Source: Carcharhinus amblyrhynchos
Lineage: Eukaryota
NCBI GenBank assembly: GCA_965287045.1
Contig: OZ336885.1
Location: 64,542,001-64,606,000, forward strand
Direction of reading: 5' to 3'
DNA: 64,000 nt
Shown here: positions 13,421 to 27,335 of the stretch, one piece after another
Layout: the number at the start of each line of letters is the position of its first letter
Position numbering within the stretch: the first letter of the stretch is position 1
The notes under the pieces: generated by a model
Databases searched by the model: none
What the model was told of the DNA's origin: nothing
Seen by the model: only the letters and a program-made list of their open reading frames with translations
Made by a program: the position numbers and the translations under genes

Positions 13421-14333
13421 CTGTAAAGGCAAAAATTAAAATTACAAGATATAATGGTGGATGTCCATTTGGAACAAAGGGAAAAAAACACAATAATTAA
13501 ACTGCTTGAATAATGGCTTGCAACCATCGCAATTGCTGGTGCTGGGGATGAGTGTCCTAATTGTGCGAGGGAGAACGCATATCGTAACACTGCAATAGTA
13601 GTTCCAACTCTTCGATACCTGTGACAGACACTGGTTTTCAAAATTACAGGCAGGCAATTCAGCTGACAAAATAAAATCTGCAAGTTTCTGCAACTGTGAG
13701 TTATAATTAGTGTTGTGATATATCTCTACTACAATTTCTTCTTGTAGCCTAAAGGATTCCGCAAAAAAAAACACCTAACTCCTGTTTTCTACGAAAATAC
13801 CCACTTACTATCGAAGAACATTACACTCAACAACCACCACATTCTTCTGAAGCACTCACAGTGCAATATGGCTCACGCGGTCCTGAATATCTTCACTTGC
13901 CCGACGATATTAATTGCGGCAATTGAGCCTCGGACATTGTAGCCAAATGGAATGCATAAAACATCCATTGACTAGTTGGCGAAACGATTGCCGGTGGAAA
14001 ATAACATGACTTTCACGCGAGCCAAAGGCTATTCAAATGTGCTGACTGGGCATTTAGATTTGCTGTCGACCACTTTCCTACTTCTGTGTATGTGTCGCTA
14101 TCGCAGTACTTTTCTTGTTTGAGTGAACACGGAGAAGCTGGTAAAATAATCCGTATACTTGCTCCAAATTAAAGATGCTTGACAATTATTACTTACATAT
14201 CTTAGCTACAATTGCAAAAGTTACCCTATTACAATGTTCAAGCCGCCCACATTTATTCATGCCTTTTCAAAATATCTTATCTCTTCCAATACGAAATTCA
14301 AGTGACAAATCATTATGCAGCTAAATCACTTGG

Positions 14334-14360
14334 ATTTCTCGATTTCTTCCGCCTCTTTCT
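14334..14360 (-). pseudogene. Inactivated 27-nt micro-exon copy (donor GT replaced by CC)
   Basis: tttttgccttgacag|AGAAAGAGGCGGAAGAAATCGAGAAAT|ccaagtga versus gtaagtga in sister units. Confidence 0.75.
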
Positions 14361-16369
14361 CTGTCAAGGCAAAAACTAAATTCACAATATATAATGATCG
14401 ATGTCTATTTGTCACAAAGGAAAACAAAAACAAAATAATTACACTGCTTGAAGAATGGCTGGCAACCGTCTCAACTACGGGTGCTGCGGATGTGTGCCCC
14501 AAATGTGCGAAGACACCCCCTCGTGGAATGTCACAGAAAAATACACAATTTGTGCCGCAACTGTTCAGCAAACTGAAAGTTGCCATTCACAAGTTTCTTG
14601 TCCTAAAAAAAATAAACGATTCAAGTAGTAAATTTTAGAGATGCAGAAACGTTCGAATTAATACTTACTGTTAAATAGATAGAAACAATGAAACTGCTGC
14701 CCACCTCCAAATCAATATTTGTATTATGCAGTCAGACTCCCACATGAAGATCCTTTGTCTCCTGATATCGGATGTGACTCCACGAAACTTTTAAAAAGCC
14801 CACCCCACACCGAGATCTTAATCGACTGGATTTAGTTATGATCTTCATCGATCTGAACACGGACATTCCCCGCTATGCAAACGGATCGCGTTCCCCTGCA
14901 CAACCGTAATGGATCCATCTGGAGTTTTCCTCTCAGAAATATAACTAAACTGGCAAATCAAAAATGGCAGCACCCCGCCCCAAACACTCCCACTGCATTT
15001 TGCTCTGATCATCAAAACCAGCAACGAAGCTCCCACATCCCAGGGATTCCCCTCACCTCAAATGATTCTAAACAACCTTGCCCTCACCAGTATAATACAC
15101 CACAACATACCCAAAGTCCACAATGAGATGTCTGATAATTCATCATTCAGTTCCCTTTCATATCCGAAGACCAAAGGCATCGCGTCGATGCCTGAACCGG
15201 CCTCCCCAAATACTGCCATCCGCAACCTCCCAACTATTAAACACATAGCTTTAACTCTTATGTAGCGCCATCACACCGGAATTCTCAAATTCAAAAATCA
15301 ACGCAATTTTTCATTATCTGATACAGTTTTGTGGTCCGCTGAACGGCAGCTTTAAATGATTCTGCTGTTGTGGTGATGACCCACTCGACTGCCTGGGCTT
15401 CACTGGGCTTTCGTCAGGAAGATCAGTTGACAGCCTAACTTCGGATTTCTTCTTTCATCAAGATGATCTCCTGCTCTCGCTCTTCTCAGCCGACACAATG
15501 TGAATATTTGGAAAACAACGTCACACATGTTTTTGATTTTTTTTCATCCAAGTTAAATTTTGCGAAGTTTTTAATCTCCAGAATATCTGAGAAACATCTG
15601 TGGGGGAGAATGCAGATCATAACACTGCAATAGTAATTCCAACTCTTCTACATCTGTGAAAGACAGTGATTTTCAAAATTATAGCAGACGTCTCAGCTGA
15701 CAAAAATATCTGCTATTTTCTGAAACTGTGAGTTATGATTAGCATTGCGACATATCTCTCCTACAATCGCTCATTACAGCCTATCGGATACCGAAAAGAT
15801 TTAACACCTAACCCCTGTTTTTCTACGAAAATGCCGACTTACTACCTCAGAGCATCACACCCAACAACCACAACATTTTACTAAAGCACTCACATTGCAA
15901 TAAGAATCACGCGGACCTCTATGCCTTCAATTGCTGGACGATAGTATTTGCGCCAATTGCTCCTCGGTCATTGTAGCCAAATGGAATACATTTCTTGGCT
16001 CGACGAAAAAAACGATTGCCGGTGGCAAATAGCATGCCCTTCAAGCGATCAATATGTTATTCAAATGTGCTGACTGGGCACATTTGAGTTGGATTTGCAC
16101 TGGACCGTTTTCCTACTTCAGTGCATCTGTCGCGGTCACATTACATTTCTTGTTTCACTCAGCACGTGGAATCTGGTAGAATAATCGATATACTTGCTTC
16201 AAAATAAAGATGCTTGACAATTATTATTTATGTACTTGAGAAACAGTTGCAATATTTGCCCCATTACGACGATCAGGCAGTCCACATTTATTCTTTCCTT
16301 TGCAAAATATTTTATCTCTTCCAATATGGAATTCAAGAAACCAAATCATCATGCAGCTAAATCACTTAC

Positions 16370-16387
16370 TTTTCTCTATTTCTTTCT
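16370..16387 (-). CDS. 18-nt phase-1 micro-exon, (K)KEIEK
   Basis: ttctgcctcgacag|AGAAAGAAATAGAGAAAA|gtaagt; phase 0 has TAG. Confidence 0.7.
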
Positions 16388-19300
16388 CTGTCGAGGCAGA
16401 AATTAAGTTTAGAAAATATAATAATGGATGTCAATTTGTAACAAAGGAAAAATGATGCAATAATTACACTGCTTGAATAATGGCTTGCATCTATCGCAAA
16501 TGCTGGTGCTGGGGATGCGTGCCCAAAATGTGCGTGAGCACTCCCTCCTGGAATGTCATAATAAAACAACAATTTGTGCCGCAATTATCCAGCAGATGGA
16601 ACTTGTCATTCGCAAGTTTCCAGTCCTAAAACAAGAAGCGATTCAAATTTTAAATTTTAGAGATACAGAAACGTTTACATTGATAATTACTGAAAACAGG
16701 TAGAAAGAATAAAACTGCTGCCCATATCCAAATAAATATTTGTATTATGCAGCAAGATTCCTACACAAAGATCATTTACATCGCGACATCGGGTGAAACT
16801 CCAACAAACTTTTAAAAGTAAACCCACCCCGCCCCCTTCCCCACCCCCGCAAAAAAACTTAATCGACTGGGTTTGATTATGATCTTCGTCGATCTGAACG
16901 CGGATATTGCCCGCTATTGAACCGGGTGGCGTGCCACTGCACAATCAGACTTGATTCATCTGGATTTCTCCTCTCACAACCATAACTAACCTGACAAATT
17001 AAAAATGGCAGCTCCCCGTCCCAAACACTCCTTGTCCATATTGCCCTGATCAACAAAAAACAGCATCGAAGCTCTCACATCCCAGGGTTTTTCCTAAACC
17101 CAACCGATTAGAAAAAAACTTGCCCTCACCATTATAATTCACCACAACATGTCCAAAATCCCCGATCAAATCAATGATAATTTAGCATCCAGATGTCTCT
17201 CTTATCCGATGACCAACAGCACGCCATCCCTTCATCGAGTCGATGACTGAAACGGCCTCCGCAAATACGCCCACCCGCAACCTCGGAAGTATCAAACACA
17301 TAACTTAAACTCTTGTGTACCACCATCACTTTGGAATTGTCTAACTGAAACTTCAACGCAATTGTTCAATGTCTGAGACAGTTTTGTGGTCCGCTAAACG
17401 GCGGCTTTTAAAGATTCGGTCGCTGTGGTGGCGACCTACTTGACTGCCTGTGCTATATTGGGCTTCAGTCAGGGAGATCAGTCGACAGCCTAACTTCGGA
17501 TTTCTCCTTTCATCAAGATGAACTCCTGCTCTCGCACTTCTCAGCCGACACAAGGTGGACATTTGGAAAACAGCATCTCGCATTTTTGGATTTTTTTTTC
17601 ATCCAAGGTACATTTCGAGAAATATTGAATGTCCAGCATATCAGAGGAACATTTATGAGGGAGAACGCATATCAAAACACTACAATCGTAGTTCCAACTC
17701 ATCTATATCTGTGACAGACACTGATTTTCAATATTACAGGCAGGCATTTCAGCTGACAAAAAAAAATATGCAAGTTTCTGAAACTGTCAGTTATCATTAG
17801 AATTGCGACATATCACCAGTACAATCGCTCATTACAGCCTATCGGATTCTGAAAATATTTAACACCTAACTCCTGTTTTCGACGAAAATGCCCACTTGCT
17901 ATCTAAGAAAGTTACACCAAACAACCACGACATTCTTCTAAAGCACTCACATTGCAATAGGGATCACGGGGTCCTGCATATCTTCAATTGTCTGACGATA
18001 TTTTTTGCGCCAATTGCTCCTCGGTCATTGTAGCCAAATGGAATACATCTCTTGGCTCGTCGACCAAACGTTTGCCGGTGGAAAATAATATGCTTTCATG
18101 CGAACAGCAGGTTATTCAAATGTGTAGTCTGGGCACTTGTATTTTCACTGGACCATTGTCCTAATTCAGTGTATGTGCGGAATTACAGTACTTTTGTGGT
18201 TTCCTGGCGTACAACATTTGAGTGTCGCTATGGCCTATTGTTGCTTACGAGGCAAGTCGCCGTTCCACTGAATATACTAAACACAAATGCTACAAAGGGA
18301 AACTGACAATCGTAAGTCATTGAGCACATTGTAAGTATTGTTGGAGTTTTGGTTCACAGCAATGATAAGCGAAAATTCTTTTAAATCCGAGTGTGATTGA
18401 TCACTTGATTTCAATTATAACATACGGTCTGTTGGAATTTTGAAATCCGAGTGTAGGACATTGATATGCACCTATGGCTTCCGCTGCTATCAATAACATT
18501 CTCCGACAGCTGCTATCAACATTATGGTCCCTGGTGAGTATTTGGAACATATAATGGACTCGAGCAGAGCCAAATGTTGATACTGGGAATTAATTTATTC
18601 CACATGCATTTATGGAATTAAAACAAGCGGTGTTTGTAGTCGAATGATAACTTCAAGCAGATGAAGGAAAAATAGTAACTTTTCGTTAAGTATAGAAATG
18701 CCTTGGTACCGCAATTAAAATATGTACTTTTCCGTCTATGTTATCATCATATTTTACATGAAATTAGAAGAAGGGAGAAGATTTGGCTGGCAAAAAGTAT
18801 CAGCATTATCATCAATAATCCTGAAGTATGCAGGTTAAAAAAAAACAAACGGACAGTAGGATGAATATTGTGAAGACAAGGAGAAAATTGGTATGGCCTG
18901 TTTCATGCCTACATGTCAATTTGCAAAAGGAAGGAGCTTCTGCAAAATCAGCATTTATTTATATTTTAACCCATCCCTAAATTGCGCGGAGAGAGAATTG
19001 TTCAGGGAGCTTCTTGATGTCAGAGGTCCTACGTTTAATATGTAGCTGGGGTGTTGTGTGGCGCTACAACAATTTTAACACAGTATAATAGAGGAACTAT
19101 GGTGCATTTCAAGATCGGGAACTGAGTGCCTTGGCGCTCAGATTGAAATTGCTTCTATTCGCATGCACGTGTTTCCCCATTGGCTTTGTTTGTAGAGTCT
19201 GTCTGTGTCTTAAATGGTGTACAAAAAATGATGCAAATTAAATTATGGTATTGGAATAAGTGGCAATTATGATGGAAAAAAAAACTCCAGAAACCGTATT

Positions 19301-20329
19301 TTTCCTGAATGAAAGGAATGGATTGATACATGTCCCGTTTTGTCAAACACCACAGGGATATGTTTCCCCTCGGAAGCAACTCAACAAACTTCAAATGTTG
19401 CAGAATGTCAAACAATTGTTTTTTCGGGCTTAAGGGACATTACGCAATTAAAGAACGAACACAAAATGGGAGGGCTGATCCGTCAGTCGCTCTGTATTTT
19501 CTTCAAAACCATGTTTTGCAAACATCTGCACACATTTTAGCCTGAAACTTCGCATCTCTGAACGGAACAGTCCCTGCCAAGAAGCTCATACGTGTAATAC
19601 AAGCCCATTTTTACTGCGATACAATTACATTTGTTATTGTTTAGCCCTGTGTCAAAATTAGTCTTCCATAAGTTACGTCAACGACAAAAATTCGAATTTG
19701 ATGGCAATACAAATAAACCTCCTGACCCACAGATGATAACTATAATCTTTCAGAGCTGGAGTTATGATTGTATACATCTGCGCATGACCAACTTGCTGTT
19801 TCCGGTTGATTCACATTTTTTTTTGTAGAATTGCTTCCCCTTTCCTTCAACGCACCTGCTCATTTCACAAGTACTTCCATTAACTTTCACATGTTTTCCC
19901 TAATTGGTCTACACACTTTCAATGCCACAATCTGTCCCACATGATGAGCAATAGTTTGCGGGAAAAAAAAACACAATAAATGGTGTTTTATGATGACACT
20001 CATGTAGAAATAACATGTATCTATCACTGTCGAGAAATTAGAACGTCCTTAATTAAATATCACTGAGCAAGCTTTCATTCCAAGTCATCAATTCCCTTCT
20101 TCTCCTTAGTTTTCAATAAGCTTATGTCATTCTGTTAATTATTGAGACTGTTCTTTCAACTTGTATTGATTTGATTTGGTTTGAGTTATTACTGCCGCAT
20201 GCATCGGTATACATTGATTTTCGGTATGCATTATTTCTTGAGCACTGTGCCGGCAAAGCATACCGTTCATAGATAAGGAAAACAGCGCGTGCAGATTGCA
20301 CTGTTACAAACACACCTACGCTGAAGGGA

Positions 20330-21700
20330 AGATCAAATCGCAATGAGGTACGTTCATTCTCAAGTTTGTTGGCAGTAGGGATGAAAGTGTTCTTGTTACA
20401 TGTCCTTTAACGTGTGGATCTCCTTCATTGTCGCGTCTGAAGAAGGTGGGAAGAGTTTGCCGGCAGTGTATGGAATTCTTAATTATGTTCGCTGATTTTC
20501 AGAGCGAGCAGGAAACGATGCGCTGTCAATGGGTTGGAGGCTTGTTTAAATTATGCACTGGGCTTAGTTGATTGGCTTTTTTTCTGTTTTTTTTAATCTT
20601 TGAACCATTTCTCCTTCACGCCTATTGATTTAGACTTTTATTTCCTGTATTCCCCTGGTTGAAATCGATGACTGCCTTCTTCGTCGTCTTCACATTGGGG
20701 GAGGGTTATATTATTGTCGCGCCAGCTCAGTGGATTTTCTCGCTCTTTGCTGTAATTCACCTCGCCATTGTTTTTAGATCTAGCCCTCTCAGATGGCCTC
20801 ATGAGCAATCCTGAAAATTGTGTTGGAGGGGAATTTAGGCACGCATTCATACTTTTATGAGTGATGCACCTTGGCGCTGAATGCACGGCTTTGACGGGCA
20901 CCGGTTTTGAGGATGACCGTGCAGAAGGAATTGTGGTCTGTCATTACCAATTGCAGCCTGTGGATAAAAATGTTCAAGATTCTTTCCCCACGTTGGCGGA
21001 AGGGTGGATTGGTTTGCCTTCGGCAGGTACGGGGGATGAGGGGCGAGGGGTGTTGTGGAACCCCAGGTCACGGAGATTGGGGTAAATTTCGTAGGACTAA
21101 TGGTACCAACGACAGAGCTGAAGTCGATCAATCTGGCATAAGTATTCCCAGGTTTGAGCGCGATGCCAGCTAGATAGCATCTGCGGTAAAACTGTTGCGG
21201 TGGTAGGCGAAATGTTTTGGATACAGGCAATCTGGGAGACAATAATTGATTTGTGCTATGACGAACCATTTGAAATATTATACCATGACGCATGCCAGAG
21301 CCAACGGATAATCGTCATTAAGTGATGATTGACGTCTCGTTGAAGCAATTCGGGAGCTCAGATTGTTTTGAACCGAAATTAAAGCGGCCTGCCAGCACAG
21401 GTGCCAACTGAAGCGCTGGGATCACATCCGGGCCAGTCTCTTTATGCGCACAGATTTTTAACTGGTTTGCTCCGACATCCGCAATGATGACCGCGCACAC
21501 AGAATCATAGGAGGGATTCTTTTATTTTGACGAACGACGAAAATATCGATGACCTCTTTCTCAAAATAGACACATAGGATACCGTGTTCAGCAGGGAGGC
21601 TACGTTGGTGCCACCGATTTTACGTTCCAGCAGCCTGTTATATCTTGCAGACCTTGCTCGAAAGAGACAATATTTACTTATTAATTCAGCATACAATAAA
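20330..21700 (-). mobile_element. Decayed Rex1/Babar-type LINE fragment
   Basis: NTYARLIDFSSVVGTISP and HKETGPDVIP...QLAPV resemble Rex1 RT motifs (YVRxLFxDYSSAFNTI). Confidence 0.7.
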
Positions 21701-21889
21701 TGGGTTCAACTAATTTTGATTTATCATTGTCAAATACTTCTTATAGTTTTGCATTCAGTCAGCTATTTACGAATTGGCTTTTAATTTTGACAATAATTAC
21801 TTTATCAAATGCTTTCAAACTGGGATGCTAATTAGTTCCACAAGTAATTAATTGGTCAACATTCTCATTAAGTTTTAATGAAAATATAA

Positions 21890-22125
21890 CATTTATCTGC
21901 AAAAGGACATGGACAGAGGAGGAAAGTTGGCAAAGAATTGACAGTTGGAAGACGATGTTAAGATGTGTGAGGTCATGCGCTTTGGAAGGAGGAAGGGAGG
22001 CATAGTCTCTTCTCTAAATTGGGAAATACTTCGGAAATCAGAAGCATAATGGGACTTGGGAGTCCTTGTTTAAGGCTCTCTTAATGTGAACGTGCATTTT
22101 CAGTCAGCAGTTAGGAACGTGGTTG
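21890..22125 (+). mobile_element. Old CR1 fragment, shared with block B (~40515-40600)
   Basis: ctgcaaaaggacatggacag...tgtgaggtcatgcgctttgg...gggacttgggagtccttg. Confidence 0.7.
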
Positions 22126-22279
22126 GGGGCGGGGCGGGGGGGTGGGTGGGGGGGTGGTTCGGTGGCATCTGACATATCAGCTGTTAGATAAGTGAAAACC
22201 TATTACGGTATCGGCAAAAACTTGGCATTTAACAAAGACGTTGTAAAATATAAACTCTTGTTGTTGATTTAAATGATAG

Positions 22280-22562
22280 AATTTAAGGACACAGATTTAA
22301 GGTGCGGGGAGGAAAGTACAGAAGTGATGTTAGGGGTAAGTTTTTCACTCGGAGGGTGGTGAGTGAATGGAATCGGCTGCCGTCAGTGGTGGTGGAGGCG
22401 AACTCGCTGGGGTCTTTTAAAAGACTTCTGGATGAGTATATGGGGTTTAATGGGATTGGGGGTTATAGACAGGTCTATAGATTGGTAGGTGTTGATGAGA
22501 TCGGCGCAACTCGTGGGCCGAAGGGCCTGTTTGTGCTGTAGTGTTCTATGTTCTATGTTCTA
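22280..22562 (+). mobile_element. Young 5'-truncated CR1 3' end
   Basis: RGKFFTRRVVSEWNRLP...FKRLLDEYM; (gttctat)n tail. Confidence 0.92.
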
Positions 22563-22569
22563 TAATTTC

Positions 22570-23900
22570 CTCAGCAACATACCAAAACGCACTGCGAAAT
22601 TCATTGACGAAAGGCAGACTGATGTGTTTTTTTTGCCTCAAAAATGTTCAAATAAGCTGAGGGTCATATTATATGGGCGGCCCCCAAAGCTAGGGAATCT
22701 CCCCAAATAAATGCAACATCCTTAAAAAAAAACTTAGATCATTAGATAAAACGCGTTGCAGGATATCGAAAATACACCACAATTACGGAGATGCCTAAAG
22801 GAGATCGGAGGCCTGGAAAGTGCAGTTAGCTACAGCATGTTGCATCTCCAAAGCTGTCCGACCACGATGGCAGTCACGGCGAGAGACCGACAACCAGGCT
22901 GGGCGAACCCATCGATCGCCCACTGCCGGGACCTGCTATGTTTTTTTTTTGCCTGTGCCTCATAAAGTTAAAGGGGGAACCCTTGCATTTATTGTCTCGC
23001 TCCACAACACATGCCGGTTGATCAGGAGGATCGGTCTGAAGTTCAAACAAATCTGACTTTGAGTAGGTACTGGTGAAATGCAGGGTCCGCTTACGGAGAT
23101 CGCGGAGGCCTCCTCATGTTTACGAACAGGAATTACAATCCAAAGTTGTGTCCATGCATCTGGCGTAAGAAATGCATCAAGCCGGTGCAAAGACAAACAA
23201 GCGACTACCGTCTTCCAAAGGTGGGAGATTCAGAAATTCAGCAGGGACACACTGGTGATTTTTATTTTTAGCCCAGACGAACTGCACGAAAATATTATGC
23301 AAATTTGCATAAATATCAACTGCGGAGTCAAAGTGGCCAATCGATATCATAACAAAGAGGAATTAAAAAAAAGACAAACACTCGGCCCTATCAACGAGTA
23401 TTTGGAAGAGACCTATTTAATGATTCAGACGAGCGTGACCTTGGCATACAGCTTTTGGAAATTCGCCGGAGAGTAGTCCTCCGCTGGTCAAGCATGGACG
23501 TCCATGTAAACGATGTTGGTCCTGCGCTCTGGGTGAAATTATCTAGTCTCATTTTCGAGGGGAGGGGTGGGGGGGGGGCGTATGTGTCATTAACCATCCA
23601 GGAGTGTGGAACAGTTGGCCCAGTTTGCCCTGGCAGAGGATGTGGCAAAGTGTGCATTCTGGAATGCACGCATCTTCCACAGATGAGCTGACTCTGTGAA
23701 CAAGAGGAGCGCATAAATAACATAAGCTAACATAACCATACTGATGCCCGTTCTGTGCAGCGTCAACGCTGACAAACTGCTCCGCAAGAGGCACGGAACA
23801 AGGTCCAGGCAATATGGTTGACCAAAGAATGCATTCATGCGGTAGTCCTCCGCAAATGAAAGGTACCGAGAAAGTACTCGGAGCTGAGACACTTCATTTC
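22570..23900 (+). mobile_element. Decayed Tx1/L1-clade LINE 3' portion
   Basis: Resembles remembered shark Tx1 ORF2 C-terminal sequence (caaggtccaggcaatatg, ccatccaggagtgtg); no intact ORF. Confidence 0.5.
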
Positions 23901-25149
23901 AAATATATGAAAATGAATAACATAATACGGCTAATACTTGCATCGATCCAGAATTATGTAATGAGACGTTCATAATGCCACACACTGTGTAAAGTGTACG
24001 TCTTCTTCAGCATAAGTTGTCAGGCATCAATTCATGCATTGGAAGTTCAGCATGCTATTCATTGATATATTAGGATCACCACGTGAAACTGTTTGGCGAA
24101 AACCAAATGTATATATTTTTTCACAGCTCTATCCATCTCTTGCAAATATCCGACTGATGAATTCTTTGCTAGAATGTGTGCCACGACTTCACATTTTTTT
24201 GTAAGATATTTCTTGAAATTTTTAAGTATAAATTTATTTGTTTATCAATCGTTTATTTACTGTCTCCATGCATTTTCTTTTTCTTCCTCCTAGAACTCCG
24301 TCCATGCCATCAGCGAAGCGAATGCGACGTGGTTCTGAACTCGACTGTGTGGCATTCATGCATTCTGCTGGTTATGAACGTATCGGCTTGAATGCAAGAT
24401 TAAGTAATATCATGAAAATGTTGTCATACTCGGCTGTAAATGTAAATCCCTTTTCAAAGATTTTTTTTGGAATATTCTGAGGCAAGGAGTTTTTATTTCG
24501 TTTGACTGATATACATCAGACGTACCATGGAATTGTAACATCTGCGTTATTTCATAATAAGCTTTCTGCTTTCCTTTTTTATATATATAGACGCGTTGCA
24601 AAACAGCCAACAGGACATTATTTGAATGAATTAAGAGAAACAACTGTTTGTGTGCTGGTTTCCTACCTCTTTGGTGCAATTACGCAAAAAAAAATGCCCA
24701 CGTATGTTCACCTCCGATTTCACGGATGTAAGTAATTTCTGTCAGATAAGTACAAATGGAACCTGATGCAGGAAAGGGATTTTCATAAACAAACTCGTAC
24801 AGTTAGAAAATGCATCTATGCGGTTTTTTTCAGGAATTTGTTTGAATAGCTCGATTGTGCGATTGTTCCCCTTTCTGCTCAGTATACGACTTGAATTTAC
24901 TATCCCTCCAATGCTCTGGATTTCAACTCAAATTGCCGTTGGACCATTGAAGTTGATTAATTCATTCAAATTTATGAACCTTTATGATTAAGCTTGTATT
25001 TATTGACTGTCCTGTTTTTCTTTGAAAGAATGGTACTGACCAGTCATATTGATTAACTGCTGTCCATGTGCTTTCGGTGATCTATTGAGCTGTTCACAAG
25101 AATGTTGAAGAATGTAATCCCAGCGCAATGGAAAGAGTGATCATGATTT

Positions 25150-25610
25150 AGATATGATTTTGCAACTCGCTTTGAGAGCAACTAGCATCATCAGCTGCTC
25201 CCATATAAGTACTGCTATCGTCCTGTTGATTCTAATGGCCCGAGGTTGGACAATGCACTATCAGAATATTATTAGTTCTTGTAGTGCATCGCTTGCATGC
25301 TGCAGATTTCAGTACATGTGCCTCCGTGAGGCAGCATATGAATAAATGCCATGAGTGGCATGCAGGCCGTTTGCTGTCTCCAGAATACTGTAAGTTGCTT
25401 GAGTGTCGTGTTGCACACTCTTGATTGCCCGTTACAAATCCTGAGCGTATCTGGGGAGGCATGACGATAATAACTCGTCGCAGAATATCTACCGCATGCC
25501 TTATTCCTGCAGCTGGATACGTTAACATGGTTTGCCTAGTTAGGTTGCTGGTCCAAAACAGTGCTCGATTCACGGACGGCGCAGACTGAGATCGTCAAGG
25601 AGCTGTGTTT
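25150..25610 (-). mobile_element. Decayed CR1/L2-type LINE fragment; paralog at 43540-43880
   Basis: Paralog ORF YSNHVNSVATKAGHVADILR matches the family at 51410-54450. Confidence 0.6.
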
Positions 25611-26149
25611 AGATCCACATTTTTTTAAGACATCCCATTGCCTGTCTCACGTATGGCTCGACTTTTACTTTCGTGTTTTAGCACATCACTCGATCTTGCC
25701 CGTGGCTTGATATACTTGGCCATTTCGTATTAATTCGGAATCTGAAACTGATTATCGTTATTCCGTATACCACACGTGTGTGTCCTGATTTCCGACATCT
25801 TGAAGCTAGACAGCTGGTTAAGGGAGAAAATTAAATTTTTTGGTGCAGAGGCAAAAAAAAAGTCATTCATCCTGCGAACTTCACCAACTGACATGATTGG
25901 GGCTCATCAGTGATACTCAGCTTTCTGTGCCCTATTAATACACTCACAGAATAAAAAGTTTTACTCATGGTTCCAATGGCCTCAATTTTTCCTGGATATC
26001 TTGATGTCAGACTCGTATAAATTGTCCTTGTTATCAAAAGCAATCGCAACCTCTTTCCTCTTAGAGTGTAGCATTGCTAAAGATATTTGACCAAATGTGG
26101 ATATCAGGTCAGGAGCAAAGTGCCCCTGGCCGAAATCAAAACGAGTGAG

Positions 26150-26770
26150 AGTAAACATATCATTGCTAGGCTCTATGGTTCTGCTGATGGCGGTTACAAT
26201 TACAATACTGATATTACATTACAGGTTAATCGGCTAAGTTATGTTGAGTATCATTTCATCTGAGACGTCTCCTCAAATTCCAGTTGAGGGTCTCCGACGT
26301 TAACAATGGAGTAACGGATAGCCATTAGGATTTCAGATAACTATTGCAACGTCCATATCAATTCCTGTCAGGTGATTTGGTTTGTTTCTCGGGTCTCGTG
26401 TACGCCATTGCATCAAATGATATTTCCTGTTATTAGGACTTGTGAATTTGTTACTCACTGCCATAATTCGGCTTGTGCTCCAGAATGTTAATGCAATTCA
26501 AATTTATTGGAATTGACAATCTTGGATTAGGAATATAGTATATGTACAACGACCACAGAAATTCGCCGGCATCTCCAAGATGCAGTTTGCACTCCTCAGT
26601 AGGTCTGCTGAGCCACAAAATACAACATTATCGTCTGTTTCCTCCACAATTTCATCGGGAATGTTCATGATAAAATGGCGTTCATGCAGTTCCGTCTCTT
26701 CTGGGCGCCTGTCTCACAGAGTTTACCAACGACATTGCCCGATGTTGGGGATTAAACCTGTCTGCGTAAT
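26150..26770 (-). mobile_element. Probable Gypsy gag-protease remnant (block A copy)
   Basis: DDNVVFCG and KPNHLTGIDMDVAIV loosely resemble LRDRLVCG and NGHPxxMEVDTGAAV. Confidence 0.35.
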
Positions 26771-27011
26771 TTAACTCGTATTCTGTTGCAGGCTCTTGTT
26801 ACATATGTATTTTGTTTTATTTCGGAAAATTCAATCTTTGATACATGCAGCAACAGATGTTTCGCTTTGTTATATTATGTATGCTTCTGACATCATTCAC
26901 GGCTAGGAAAAATAAGCTGAAGAGATTTTTCTTTGAGGTGCTGGGCAGATAACTGTCTGTCCGCTTTTCAGACGCCGAATACGATTCACATTTAGTTCAC
27001 ACCCTGATGCA

Positions 27012-27335
27012 AGAGAACATGCAGTGCAGAAGGAGGCCATTCGGCCCAACGTATATGCAGACACAATCCCATCCAGGCCCGATCCCTATAAAATCATGTG
27101 TTTACCCTAGTTAGTCGCCCTACCGTTTCGGGCCGATTTACTCCGGGCGGATCTACCTAACCTACACATCGAGGGAATGTGGGAGAAAGTCGAAGCACTC
27201 GGAGGAAACACACCCAAACACGGAGAGAACATGTAAATTCCACACATACGATGACCGAAGCACGAAATGGAACCGATTGTCCCAATTTCAATTCTGTGAG
27301 GTAGCAGTATTAACGACAGTGCCACAGTTTCACCA
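27012..27335 (-). mobile_element. HE1-like SINE
   Basis: ggaggccattcggccc tail; gtgggagaaagtcgaagcactcggaggaaacacacc core. Confidence 0.85.

Larger units (their letters stand above)
8680..18195. repeat. Six-unit tandem array (starts ~8680, 10681, 12256, 13186, 14118, 16151; lengths ~2.0, 1.6, 0.93, 0.93, 2.0, 2.0 kb), one micro-exon per unit
   Basis: Recurring markers tgagtgaacacgtggaagctggta, gatgcttgacaattattat, aaacgattgccggtggaaaata. Confidence 0.95.

Noticed and set aside
13619-13662. 44-nt AG/GT candidate exon (also ~37059-37102)
   Set aside because: Not a multiple of 3, and the donor is absent in five of six array units.
8890-16387. Protamine-like reading of the micro-exons in phase 0 (e.g. 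RKKQRK)
   Set aside because: Phase 0 has stops in the 16370 and 45534 exons; phase 1 is open in all.
9000-18306. Recurrent short ORFs in the tandem array (e.g. VQIDEDHN, MNNGLH)
   Set aside because: Frames and stops differ among copies; they are by-products of duplicated intron sequence.
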